Assembly: GCA_030390025.1 (NCBI GenBank)
Contig: CM059451.1
Coordinates: forward strand, 21,452,001 to 21,516,000
Source: Squalus acanthias
Lineage: Eukaryota
Reading direction: 5' to 3'
DNA: 64,000 bases
The position numbers and the translations under genes were made by a program. Positions 24,697-37,800 of this stretch are shown piece by piece (position 1 is the first letter of the stretch; every line of letters starts with the position of its first letter). A model generated the notes under the pieces. It ran no database searches. It was not told the origin of the DNA and saw only the letters and a program-made list of their open reading frames with translations.

Positions 24697-26696
24697 AATG
24701 GTGTTATATCACATGATTTGGAGAATTATTTCACCAACCAGGTTACAGGAGAATATTGTTGCTTCTGTGTATATTGTGATATTTTACACACTTTGTGTCA
24801 GATGATAAGAATAATTGTAATTTTTTCAACTGAGAAATAAAAGGAAAATCAACTTTTCAACTTAAAATATCATGATCACAGTGTATCGAAATGTCCGCCT
24901 GCAGAAAGGGGTCAACGCCTCCTGCTGCTTTCCCAGTTCCACGTACAGGCATTTATCATTCACTCAGGTCACCAAAGTTTAAACAATTTAAATAACTACT
25001 CTTAAAAATGATGATAGGTATAAGACAATAATTCAATTGAGCAGATCTTCTGTTGTAATAAACCAGCAGAGATAATGTAGAGTTGTTGACTGCCAGAAGA
25101 ACCCCCAAGGTTGAGTGGAAGTCTTAAAGTTGTCATCAATTATTTGCAGTAACTCCTCATAACTGAGTGACGCAGTGCATTGGTATAACTTTCATCTATG
25201 AGGCACTGCCTCTGGACAGCCATGCAAGCCACAAACCTCTTACCTTGGAGTTGAGAGATGGAGGTGGTATGGTCTAGGTGAAAATATAATGCCAGTGCAT
25301 TGTACAGTAGGTAATGAATTTAGCCCCCTGTTTTTTGAGGTGTTTTCCTTACAGAGAGGCGTGAGAGCTATCCTTCTCTGTGAGGAAATGGTGCATGGGG
25401 GAGGGAGAAAGGAAATCAAATTGGTGATGACATAGAACCTAGAATTAGATGGCTTTGTTCAAAAGATTCCATTATAATTATTATTTTTGTGTGTTTTGCA
25501 GTTTCCATCTCGGCTGCATGCCCTCTGTTACCTCAAACTGGGAAAACAGTTCAAATTGCAGCCTTAATTATTAATAGTTTGTCTTCCTCTGAGTGCTGTG
25601 TTGTGGCCTGTTTTGAGGGTAAGCTGTGAATCTTTCCCATACTTCTTAAGTGCGCCTCCTGGCTGCTCCACTGAAGAATGGCATTGATTCTGCTGATAAA
25701 GTAGTGCATAGGCTTGATCCTCCAAACTCAAGAGAATAACATGCTCAGGGGAGAAGAAGGAACACCGTCCAAAATACATCTCTATAAATAGGGCATTGTG
25801 TCATTTTTAGTTGATAGAGAAGTGTTTTTACTTTTTTCATACTTTCAGGCTTCCTAGGCTAACCACATCCTTTTAAGTTTTCAGCCTGTATATTATGGTG
25901 CTGAACTAAACCCTTATATTACAATAATAAGGATAATTAAATGTCATTTTATGAACTTACAAAAATAAATGCCTAAAACAATTTAAAATAAAATATTTAT
26001 TAAAAAAAAATCTGCCCAACCTGTCTTCGATTTTTAGCTCCTTTTCTTTGTCCCCTTTCTCCCTCAGTCTGCTATTTTTGTTATTTTTATTTGAATTATT
26101 TTTCCATCTAATCCAACCCAATCTTAAAAATGAAAGTATTGTGCTTAAAACTTATTTAACTTCTGTCTCCTGGGTCTTGCCACCCACTTGAGAAGTGGGA
26201 GCCAAATCCCAATAAAATGGTCCTTGGCTAAGAACAGGATTCAGTGGCTGTTTTTTCATAGATATCACCATGTGCATTTTTGCTACAATTTTCTTGTGTC
26301 AAATACAGGAGCCCACTGCTCGATTAAATTATACCAACAGCTGGGAAGTGAGATCGCACCCTGATGAGACAACTTGGCACCACACAAAATGGCTAATGTT
26401 GACGTTATTGAAGCCTCATACAAACACCTTTCTTAATGCTATCACTTTTACAAAACAAGGCAACTAATATACATAAAAAGAGTGCTTACAATTTGTGGGA
26501 GATCTTTCACACTCTTGGGATAAACTTGTCACCCACTCCTCGTTGTGTATCCTCGATTAAGTCACCTTTGGGTGGGATTTTTTTGGGGGGAGCGAAGATG
26601 ACCCACGCTTACTTTGTGGTCGGTCCCGTTTTCTCTGACATGATTCATTCTTCTTTTGCAGTTGTTTGTTGAGCAGCGCAGAAATAATCGGTAAAA

Positions 26697-27536
26697 ATGG
26701 CAGACAATAATGTTGTTAACAATGGCAAAGACGAGGCTGGCCAGAGCACGGAAGACGTTTGCCGGGACTACCTGCGCAATGTCTGCTATCGCGGCAAGAC
26801 CTGCAAGTACCTCCACCCGGACATAAATGAGGTACATGACCTAGGCGTGAAAAAGAATGAGTTTGTCTTCTGTCATTACTTTATGAATAATGTTTGTACC
26901 CGTGCAAAGTGCACATTCATACACGGGACATCAGAGGATGAGGAATACTACAAAAAAACAGGGGAGCTTCCCCTGCACTTGCGTTCCAAGGTGGCTGAAA
27001 CCTACGGTCTGTCAGTTTCTGACCTACCTGCTGATAAAGGTGAGATTCCAGTATGCCGTGACTACCTTAAAGGTGACTGTCAAAGAGGCTCAAAATGTAG
27101 ATTCCGGCACTTCAAACGTGACAATTCAGAACATGAAATCAGACTGTCACGAGACCCCCCACTTTCTCAGCCATTGCGTAGATATGATCGAGTGGATAAT
27201 GACAGTGGCATCAATTGTTATGAGTATGACCACCGCTTGAAGAGGAGAAAGTTGGAAGGGTTTGAGTTTGAAGTGTACGAGTACGATCTCACAAGTCGAC
27301 GGTCAGTTGACTCCGGATACTTGGAGGAGGAGAACCTTATGCTGCGAAACCGGAATGAGGAACTCAAAAAGCAGGTGTCCAATTTGATGGGCAACAATGA
27401 GGTGCTTCTGGAGCAGAATGCATTTCTCCGCAACCAAATAAAGGCAGCAATGGTGAACTCCTTGCCCACAACGACAACTGGGAGATTCAGCCACTGCACT
27501 TCCCCAGGGGTTAAGACCAGGGGACTTTGGGAGTAA
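26697..27536 (+). CDS. ZC3H10: ZC3H10-like protein, copy B (279 aa; three CCCH fingers, KRRK motif, coiled coil)
   Basis: CRDYLRNVCYRGKTCKYLH, CHYFMNNVCTRAKCTFIH, CRDYLKGDCQRGSKCRFRH, linker YKKTGELP and EEENLMLR...LKKQVSNL...NEVLLEQN all match ZC3H10; intact ORF. Confidence 0.92.
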   Translation: MADNNVVNNGKDEAGQSTEDVCRDYLRNVCYRGKTCKYLHPDINEVHDLGVKKNEFVFCHYFMNNVCTRAKCTFIHGTSEDEEYYKKTGELPLHLRSKVAETYGLSVSDLPADKGEIPVCRDYLKGDCQRGSKCRFRHFKRDNSEHEIRLSRDPPLSQPLRRYDRVDNDSGINCYEYDHRLKRRKLEGFEFEVYEYDLTSRRSVDSGYLEEENLMLRNRNEELKKQVSNLMGNNEVLLEQNAFLRNQIKAAMVNSLPTTTTGRFSHCTSPGVKTRGLWE

Positions 27537-30450
27537 AACACTTCCAAACATTGCAAAATCTGAAAATTAATCCAATAGTTCTAATGGGCTGACTTCCAAA
27601 ATTCTCAACATCTCAGCAGTGACCCTATATGTTTAAATGCATCAGAGTTTCTGCTCCCTGTGACATTGGGCGGGAGGGAGGGGGGTGCTATCCTTGAGGA
27701 ATACTATTCAAGTCCTGAAACGTACTGTTTATTGCTTCAGTCTATTCAATCAAGGAACATACCAAGCTTCTTGACAATTTGAAAAGGCCCTGCAGGAAGC
27801 ATCTATGGATTTTAGCTGGAATAGCTTTTGCTTGATGCTGGCAGCAATGGCTAAGTTAAGTCATAGTGGGAAAAATTGTTACTTGGAAGAGGCGTTGACG
27901 AGCTTGCACAAATGGTAGTTGCCCAAAGTAGGGTCAGCATCATAGGAAATGCAAATCTTTTGCAAACTTTGTTGAAATACAGCTTGTGTCTTAACACCAT
28001 ACCTAGTGCAAAAAGCAATGTATAAAACAACAGGTTAATTTCAAGGCCATACTCACTGTGTGTGGGGGAGTGCTACCACAGACTTTTAATGGTGATCTGG
28101 GTTACAATGTATTTGGGACCAGAATGGTGGTGGCCATGCTGCCTTTGGACTGAGATACCAACATCAATGTTCCAAAACCTCTCTAATTGAGTGATCTGGA
28201 ACAGCTTCTAACATGTCTGAGACAAAAATGTAAACCATTGCAAAGGAACTCTGATAACGTTACAATACCAGTCAAGTGAGTACCCTGAAATCCAATGACA
28301 CAATAAAGCTGCAATGCTTTTTTTTCTCCTAAGATGTGCTGCCTTGCAAACCGAACAGTGCGGCTGGCATGTAATGAAAGAAAGCAAATTATGTGGGTTA
28401 TCCCTATGTTGTCCAAAATGGACACTCATCTTTTTTGAATAGAAAATGTATAATGGTAGTGTATATACCGCACCCATTTTGACTTTTTGGCAATCTGCAC
28501 ATCTTGACTCACATTGAGCAATTCCCTCCCAACCCCTTGAAACAATAGAAACCCTCATTATACTTATTCTCTTTCCCCCTTCCCCCCCCCCCCCCAAACA
28601 CACACACATCTGAGAACTTGTAATATCATAAACTACAGTAATACTGGGTAATGGTCACATTGGATATCAGCAGTTAAATGCGCAGGTACTAGATGCTATG
28701 GAATTCCTTTCTATCCTGTTAGTCCAAAAAGTCATGTGAATTTGCAGTTCTAAGGGTGCATAGGAATAAATGTAAGTATTCAGTGAAGGAGTCTGTGTAA
28801 CTGAAATCTGGTGTTATTTCTATTCAGTTACTCAAATATTGTGTACATTGTACTTGTAATCCAATAATGTTTCATAAAATGGTATCTGGTATTCACAGTT
28901 TGGCTACACAAGATACTGGATCAGCACATGGCGGTATCCGTATGTCCCCAGTTCTGTTATACTAACCAATCTCTCAGCCTCAGTAAGAAAATGCCAGACT
29001 TGGGACAGAAGCGGAACTTGTATGCAAGGAGGCGCATAATGTCACTGCTTGAGAGGTACACTTTCAGAACTGAAACGTTCTTTGGGTCTTATAGATGCCT
29101 TTGGCAGTTTTGAATGTCACGTGTTCAGCCTACTGCTTCTTAACATCAGTATGCTGAAAATGCTCTCTTTCCCTCCCCCAAATATATTTAATATTACACA
29201 ACCCTGTGTGAACTTGCTGAATGAGCTTAGTTGTTTGCCTGTGAATATTCGGGAATAATATTATTAACCCTTTCCAGCCAAGGAAGCCAGGCCCAGACTT
29301 CAAATATAAAGACCAGCAGCTCCAAAATGTTATATTTTTATGATGTGTTTATACTAAAATGGCTGTAAGCTCTCCAGACATATTTTATGTCTTTGGCAGA
29401 TGTCAGTCAGCTTAGTATAAACATTAGTATACCCAAGGTGCCCTGGAACTCCACTAGGATTAGTTTCACGAGGCATTTACCAAAACACCCACAACGCAGT
29501 TTCTTAAAGACATTAGACTTCTAGTGAGAAAATGGCTGTGATGTTCCATTATTAGGACCATGTGTTTGTGCTATACATAGTCTCAATAATAGTTTTTTTT
29601 CTTTCTCTTGCAGCTCTCAGCCACAGTAGTTGTAAAGCGTGAAGTTGATATTTTTGTACTTTTGTTTTACACCATGCTAATTGTGGTATATTAATGCAAA
29701 AGGAGTTGAAGTCCATAGGGCTCGGCACTTGGGCAAAAGTGCTTTTAAGTTCCATTTAAAAAAAATAATGGACTTCCATAATAGTGATTGCTAATCTCGA
29801 ATACATATGAGTTATGACAATTAAGCCACATTTATATCCCTTTTTAGAGTTCCGTTTTTCAGTAGTTTGAGTTCATTATCCCATAAACATTGTATTAGAC
29901 ATTGTTGCATTGAATTTAAATTCTTTGAAATGGTTAGTAGATTAATAGATGCTGCAGATGACGAATAGTCTGGATATTAGAGGCCATAAAATTACTGATC
30001 TGCACTTTCATGCCTTTATTTTGTGGGCTGGAAAGGTTTAATGATGCAGTATATATGTTAATTCTATTATATATACTGATTGCTATGGTATTTGTTACCG
30101 TCAGTGCTTTTCTTTGCGATTACGTCAATGTTCTTTCTCAAGGTTAATCTTTCCACTGATAGAAAGACCTTCAGGATTGCAGATACTTAGTTTAAATCAA
30201 CAGAGATTCCTCCAGTGTGTAGGAGAACCTACATTGAAATCACAGTCCCCTACATTGAAAATTGGCCACATCTTAAAAAACATAAAAGATACCTTTTTAA
30301 TTTGTTAATACCTGCCATCTATTAAATCCTACATTGATACCTAACCCCCTCCATTCATTTACTGTTTAATTGTGCGCCTTTTAAAAGTAGAAATTTCTGA
30401 AAGCCTATTGGTGAGTGTATAACAATAAAGTAATTTTTCACTTATTAAGT
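27537..30450 (+). other. ZC3H10: Long 3' UTR of ZC3H10 copy B, with polyA signal AATAAA at 30424-30429
   Basis: Collinear with the 3' UTR of copy A; conserved terminal GAGTGTATAACAATAAAG. Confidence 0.65.
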
Positions 30451-31554
30451 GCATTGTCTTTTTATTCTTGCACAATGTGCACAGATCAGAGGAGGGTAGA
30501 ATTGGTGTTTAGCTCACCCAGAGCTACTCGTGTGCAGAATTGGCAGAAACCTGTGTGCAGATCTGCCCTTTTGGCTGAGAAATGCCTAGGGACATTTTCA
30601 GGTAGGGGAAGACAAGATATCTCACTGAAATTAATTTGTTTCACATGTCTGATTGGAAAGGAGATGCTACATAAACCACCTGCCCTACATAATCAAGAGA
30701 TCAACAATGATTCTGAGAGGTCACTTTTACTTGAAGATTCTTGTATGATTTAAATATATTTGAGACTAGTCAAATATTCAGGATGTTGGGTGTGTTTGAA
30801 AATATTGCCTTGATTGACATGTCTTGCATGTGACTTTTTGTGCTCATCATTAAGGTGGGAGATGTTAGGATTAAAGAATGGAACAATCCCATTCTAGGCA
30901 CCCACTGTCTCAGCATCAAGCAAGCCCCTAGTCAGGTACAGCTACAGAGTAAAGCTTTTTCTACTCTAGAGGTTTTCAAACTTTTCAATGTAGCAACCTG
31001 TTGCAAATATTGACATACCCAAGGACCACCAGCCCCAAACCTAGCTTCCAAAAGAGTGTCTGCTACCCAAAGGAAATGGTTATCATTGTAGCAAATGCAC
31101 TTATTAGTGTTCAGTGACACAAATAATGTGCTAGTAAGTCACAAATAGAGAAATCTGATGACCTTGTGGACCCTGGTATTACCTTGCAGGCCTCTCTGAT
31201 AGAGGCTGATCAGAGGTTGGGGCTAATGAGTATCCATTTCTCACGCCCAGCCATCCTTTGCATCTTACTGAGTAAGATTGCCATTTAATACTAAACTAGA
31301 GGCGGTTTGTGCTGTAGATCCACACCAATTATAATCTGAGCTGAGACAGGCCAAAGTTACTTCACGTAGGACCCTCACAGGCAGCCGAGAGAAAAGCCTT
31401 TCATTCCATCAATCTGAACTGGATTTAAAACTGGTTCCTGATCCCAGTCCTGCCAAGATCAGAAGCTCCTCATCTGGGGAATCAGGGGTGAGAACCTGCC
31501 TCTGAAGACTCCATAGTATAACACGATAGTGTAATTGAGAGATTTAAGGAAACT

Positions 31555-31900
31555 TTATTTTTCTCTGCCAATTTTCTTCTCTTGCTTCCTGAAGCATTGA
31601 CTCCTTGTTCGGGTGCAGTTCCAGATGCACCAGGTGCCCTCCGATACTTTACATGGTGTCCATTATTCATGTGTGAGCCTAGACAGTGAGTGTTAGGCAG
31701 GATATTTAACTGTGGGGAGTATCACAGCCAGACCCAATCCTACCTGCACCCAACATCCACGTATGCACATTTCAACCAGTTATCCCTGGATAGTGAGCAG
31801 CAGCCCTAGCTGGTATTCCCCTCCTCAACAAAGACATGCAGAGGCCAACTGCAACACCCAAACCACTCCGCAGACTGGGATCAGCTCATGCAACAAAGGG
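31555..31900 (-). mobile_element. SINE family X copy
   Basis: TTCATGTGTGAGCCTAGACAGTGAGTGTT is identical to about 51844-51872. Confidence 0.7.
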
Positions 31901-34900
31901 CAGGGAACAAACCTGAGAAATGTTTTCTCCCAACAAAAACATAATCTGCCTCAGTGCTGCCTGATGGTCCTGTGCTTAGGGGTGGTTTCAGATCTCAGTA
32001 ACTCCCCAATATTTTGAGAGATTTTACTCCCAATTAAATTTTTAAATCAAAATAGCTGAGTCAGACCATGGTTGCCATTTTGTTTTGTAAATATGTAACA
32101 AATCAAATTCCTCATTCTATTTTGGTAGTGATTTCTTGCTCGACACTCAAATCTATGTAAAAATTTTGCATCTCACGGAAAGTCTGACGTGTCTGTAAGA
32201 TTCCAAAGCGTGGCTCAAATTTCGCATTCACTAAAAAGCAGCAGTCATAAACACATGAATACTAACAAACAAACACATCGAACTTCACTGTCTCAAAAAA
32301 AAATTCCCATTTTGAAAAAAGGGAACCAAGCACATCCCACAAAAAATGAGAAACTCAATGGATGTTATGAGAGTTTTCCAATTTCTTCTCTCTTAATTCT
32401 CGCCCCAACACACACACACACGTGCCATTTTAGAGACTTCTGGCATGGAAACATTGATTCCTCAACTTGCGCCATCTCCTCCTGTGCACTACTATCATAT
32501 TTTTCAGAAACCTCGCTGGCTTTACCCCTGTCACACGCCTTCCCTCTTTTACCAATCTCTGCCTTTGTTTTGCTTCGCAGAACTCCCGTTGTTTTCTTAG
32601 GCCTCCATTTGCAATATTTTTGGGGCCTCGCGTGTTTATCTTTGTGTCATGCATATGTGCAATTTTGCCAGGCCAGGAGGCTTTTGCATCCCAGTGGCAC
32701 ATCTGGTAATGTGCTTTGAGGTGGAGGAGACAAGAAGATAATCAGGTCACACAGCAAATAAAACAGAAGCAGCAGGACTGAAGAGAAAAAAAAGCAAAAA
32801 GGTAGAGAAGAAAAAGTGAGTAGAAGTGAGAATTCAGAGAGCCAAGTTGAAGATTTAAAAAGAAAGGAGAAAAACGTAGCGACAGCAGGAAAAGAAAATC
32901 GAGGAACACTGAGCCAAAAAACAGCAAAGTAGGAAACACTAGGATTAAGGAAGGAAGAGTGGGAAGCAGTAGTAGACTGGCGTGTCAAAAATAAGGCTGA
33001 ACTTATACTGTCACTTGATAATGCATTGATTTTGGGTACACAATGACATGAAAAGTGCCAGTATAACTCAGTCAGGTCCTGAACTCGAGGATGGAAATAG
33101 GAATTGTTGTCTGAATTTTATATGATTTTAGATAAGGTAAATCGGATTTTAAAATCGCATTAGCCAGCTGTGGTTCTGGGGTGACTGAAACATCCTTTTA
33201 TTCTGTGGCCAGTACACATGGATAGCTGCATGCAATCAGCCGCCTTCAACTTAGTTAATGCAAATATATTTTTTCTGCTTGTTTCATATCTATATCTGGC
33301 TGGCAAAACACAGACCATTATTTATGTGGGATCCTCCATGGTCTACATTTGTGAATTCATCTCCGTGCTAGCTGTCAAATAATGTAATTTCCTCTGTTAT
33401 TGAGTGTTAAAACCTGGTCTAGCTGGGAGCATGAAGACCATCGAGAGGAGATACAATTCCAAGCTGTTAACTTATTGTTAATGTATTTTAAGTCTGCTTA
33501 AATCTTCTTTGTTGAAGCCAATCTTCAGAGCGACTGCTTCTACTTCAACGGAAAAGACCTTCTTATAATTCAGGAACTTTCTTGTGGTCTTCTCTTCAGT
33601 CTTCTATTTGCCACATCTCTCTATATGAAGGGGGTAATAAAGGCTCAAAGAATAATCCTACGTATTTACTGCCAATGGCTGTGTTTCTAAGGACGTTCTG
33701 AGATGAGCTGTAAGAATAATGGACGCTGTCTTTTCAAGGAGTCAACCCCCCCCCCCCCTCCCCATTTGGCTGTGGTGTAAGTTTGATTATTGTGCTGTAT
33801 TGTATCTTGCCAATCTTTTTGCTTCTGTATTACTTTGTCTTGAAATAAATCTGGACAAATTGTTTTTGCTCATATGCAGTGGTCTGGTATTGTTCCACGT
33901 TCTGACGTCACCAGGGAATGTGGTAGCTAACTCATGTATTCTCCAGTAAGTGGTTTACTATGATCAGGGTTAATAGTTAGACCTGGGCTATGCTAATTCG
34001 CACAAGGCAGAGCATAAAGATACAGGACTGGATTCACAAGAGACTTGGTTCGCTTATGGAGATTGTAGTCCAGCCATAAAGACAAGAAAAGGTGTTGGGG
34101 TAAAAATACAAACTAGCAACCACCTCCAGGGGCCATCTTAAACTGCCTGGGGTTGGCAACAGATGGAGTATAAATCCGGCCCATGATTGTGTCTATTAAA
34201 CATCCATCAATTTTTTTTTCTTTGAACATGTTAGTTTTGTTTTTACTCGTTGGTTAAGTGTCTTTTCTTGGAGTGGGAACAAGAAGTCTCGGAGCAGGGC
34301 TGCGGTAAAAATAAGAAACCGTGCTGCAGATTCCAAACTGCCCATTAGCATCTACATCAGATATCTACCAATATTTAAAAAAAAATCTGGGTGAGATGAA
34401 TTAAAACTTAACTTCCTTACGTTGCTACTCGCTTCTCATACACATGTAAGATTTCACAAGAATGAAAAAGCTACAGATCCCCCAATCCGGTGTTCCTTTT
34501 ACGGATACAGATATATTTTTCTATGCACACAGACTAACTGTTTAATTGATTTGTTTTTTAATTACCATACTAAAGTTTTTCCCCCTTTAGCTACTCCCAG
34601 GCCACCGTGCATACTATCCCTGACCACACAGGCACGCCTGTGATCAGCTTCCAGTCCTCTGCTATTGCATTTCTGTAACTAAAAGTGGGAGAGTCATTGG
34701 AGTTGAGTTGCATTCAGTTTTTTTTTTAAATGTCTTCTCCTGGGAAAGCCTCAGTTGAGATCAAGAGTCGCAGATTAACTAAAACTGGAACTTGTGGTCT
34801 TTGTTACCATTCATGAAATCATGTCCCTGTTTACACAGTCACTTATTTTGAGGGTTGAATACGTTTCCCTTTCAGTTAACAAAAAATGCTGTGGGAAAAT

Positions 34901-36274
34901 TAAACTACCCTGTACATAATCACCAGACAGGATTGTGTTGAAACAGGATCTCTCCATAATATCAGTGCAGTCCCAGGATGAGCAATCTTTCATCTTCAAG
35001 TGTGGTGTAACTAAAGCAGGAATGTGCCAAGTTTTTTTTTACCTTTGTGAGCTGCATCTGGATACCATAGAGCCTCGGGGCCATGTATAAAGTTTAAACT
35101 CATGTTCGCATTAATTTGCAGATGTATCATGTTGCTGATAATAACAGATTTTGGTGTTCTGATTTAGGATTTATCCACCATTGAGGTAACAGCGCTGAAA
35201 ACGGCACTTTCTAAACCTCCAGGTATCCAAAATTCAAGCAGGACAAACCAACAAGTAAGAAATATTAGCGCAAATAGAGCTGAATTTTGAGGTCGGACTA
35301 CCAGGGCTCGCAAGTTGCAATTGACCCACTTGCCATAATTTGTACATCTCAACATTAAGAGCTGCTATGATGTTTCTGTTCCAAAAGCAAAAAAATCGGC
35401 TGGATTTTTATGAACTTACATGATTCGGTAAGGACAAAAGTCTTTGTGTCATGTACTGAAAGTAACCAATTATCTCAATTTAAATTATATATAGTCGTAT
35501 TCTACCCTGCGCCCCTTCTTTTTTAGGTTCCCAGGCCAAGATGACGGGCAGGCACTGGTCCCTGGCCTCTGCTAATGTTAATAAGCGGCTACTAGGAAGT
35601 GCGCGAAAACAGGAGGATTCGCTTAATTTGTTTTCTTTCTCTCTCCCCACCACCCCCCCCCCCCCCCTGCCCAGCTTCAGTTCAGTGCCTCACCCCATGA
35701 ACCCAACTGAGATTGTGGGCATTCTTCACATTGTTCTAATTATATTTGCTAATGTGCTTTGCTCTAATTATATTTTATAATGATGCTTTAAGTGATTTCA
35801 GCTGTGGAAAAGGTTGCTTATGTTTCAACATTTGTCATACAAATACATCGAACGGTATGTGACCTTATCAAGCCCTCCAGTAACACTGTTTCATAACAAG
35901 CCACTGGGGGGAGCAGGTTAACTATTGCTCCAAATTTTCCTTCCCTTTTCAGGGCGAAAGGCTTGCCTGCTCAGGTAGCCTGACTGCGAACAACAACTTA
36001 ACTGTAGAAAATTGAACTGCGGACCCTACCCCTCTTTTTATATAGAGTGGCAGCACAGCGCTATGCAGTACCATCTCATTTCTGTATATTTTTAATATTC
36101 TGAAAAGATTTTGTATTTATATTTTTAAGGACGTGCAACGCCACTCGAGATATGAATATTTTATTTCTCCAAGGTGCCAATGCTGCAGCTATTTACAGAT
36201 GAAGGTATGAACTGGATAAAGGACTTCCAAGTGGTGGATTACTGAGAGTACCTTTTCAGGTTAAAGCATTATCG

Positions 36275-36632
36275 GTCAGCTTAGATCAGTTGGTAGCACT
36301 TTAGCCTGAGTCAGAAGGTTGGCGGTTTGAACCCAACTCCAGTGCAGTACAGAGGGGGTGCTGCATTGTTGGGGGTGCTGTCCTTTTGATGAGTGGATAT
36401 TAAAGATCCCATGGCACTATTTGAAGAAGAGTAGGGAGATGGCCTGGCCAACGTTCCTCTCCACCAACACCACCAAAAAAAAAATCAACTGGTCATTCAT
36501 CTCATTGCTGTTTATGTAATCTTGCTGTGTGCAAAATGGCTGCTGCATTTGCCTACATAATAACAATCACTGCTGTTCAGAGTAATTCATCGTATGAGGC
36601 GTTGGCGCTATATAAAATGCAACTCTTTATTT
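36275..36632 (+). mobile_element. DeuSINE-type SINE, internally deleted
   Basis: A/B-box head TAGATCAGTTGG...GGTTTGAACCC, AAAGATCCCATGGCACTATTTGAAGAAGAG core and GGCGCTATATAAA tail. Confidence 0.8.
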
Positions 36633-37349
36633 CAGCTGATACACTGAGGTTTAAAAATCACCTCATTACATAGAATATTACATAGAACGTTCAGCACAGA
36701 AACATTGCTGAGATCTCCAGTATATTATCGTAATATTACTATAACATTAATAATATATTAAACCATTATGAAACTGTTACTTCTGTGCTGTCTTGTCTTT
36801 TTCCTCCCCGTATTCTCCATATTATCTTTAATTTATATATTGTCTTTCTATTTTATCATTTAGTTTTGTATAAACTGCAATAAAACAGAATATAGATATA
36901 AGAAAGAATTGTCTAGTTTTATCTAGTAAATTTACCTGTTTTTCTGTGGCTCTGTGACTTGTCTATTTTGGAGCAGGCACCACACTGTTTAAAATCCATC
37001 CTAAGGCTGATTTTTTTAGCAGAGTGGGAGACAGATCGTTGGAGTCTGATCTGACCGGGTCTGAGTGAAGGATCAAAATTTTGATGTTTTTCAGCTGACT
37101 GCTTACGCCAATAATTGCAAAGCTCCCAGCAAGATAATTATTAGCAGCCAAGGTAAGAGCATGCGCAGAAAGAAAATATTTGATCAATGGAATTCTGAGG
37201 GTTAAGCACAAAAACTGAAACTCTCATACCTTATTTATAGTCACAAATGGAAGACAAATTGCCAGAAAAAAGGGATTAAGTGGCTCCTGTTTGCAGCTGT
37301 CTAGCAAATTTAGTGCATTCATTGGCGGCATTGAACTTAAATAAATAGA

Positions 37350-37800
37350 ATATTAAGGTGGCTCGCATGTTGCAAGCTGTTCTGCATAGATCCTTTCACC
37401 AAACTCATAGCGATGAGGAAACTCTGAATCTTGAAGAGCTGCTGGAAGGCATTACCTGGAGCAAGTATGAGAACATGCACTCATATCCAAGGCTCAGTGC
37501 CTACAATGATTGGGTTGCAGAGAGACAGGTGGCTGCTGCTGACACTCTGCAGCCCCAACTGGTGGAACCACCATTTAATGGGATATGATGTGTGCTCATG
37601 CTATGGTCCGGAGAATTGTGGGAATGCACTAATACAACTTGTACTGAATTATGCTGCTCACCACATTGCTTGTGAGGAGTTCCTGGTACTTGCTATCTGC
37701 CTTGTGAAGGCTTATCAGTTGTCTATTGCCCAACCAGTGACTTCTATTTGGGGAGGGAGGGAGGAAGATAAGCAGGGTCTCCTTGTGGACTGAGTTGGCT
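37350..37800 (-). mobile_element. Possible Harbinger/PIF transposase relic
   Basis: Frameshifted minus-strand peptides ISLHK..S.Y, AFPQ..G, THHIP and VH.LIL lie in the order of HARBI1-type motifs IALYKLAS, GFPQ..GAIDGTHIPI and SVHDARIL. Weak. Confidence 0.3.

Noticed and set aside
32189-32988. 176-aa and overlapping ORFs
   Set aside because: Low-complexity purine/pyrimidine-skewed sequence with no protein-family signature.
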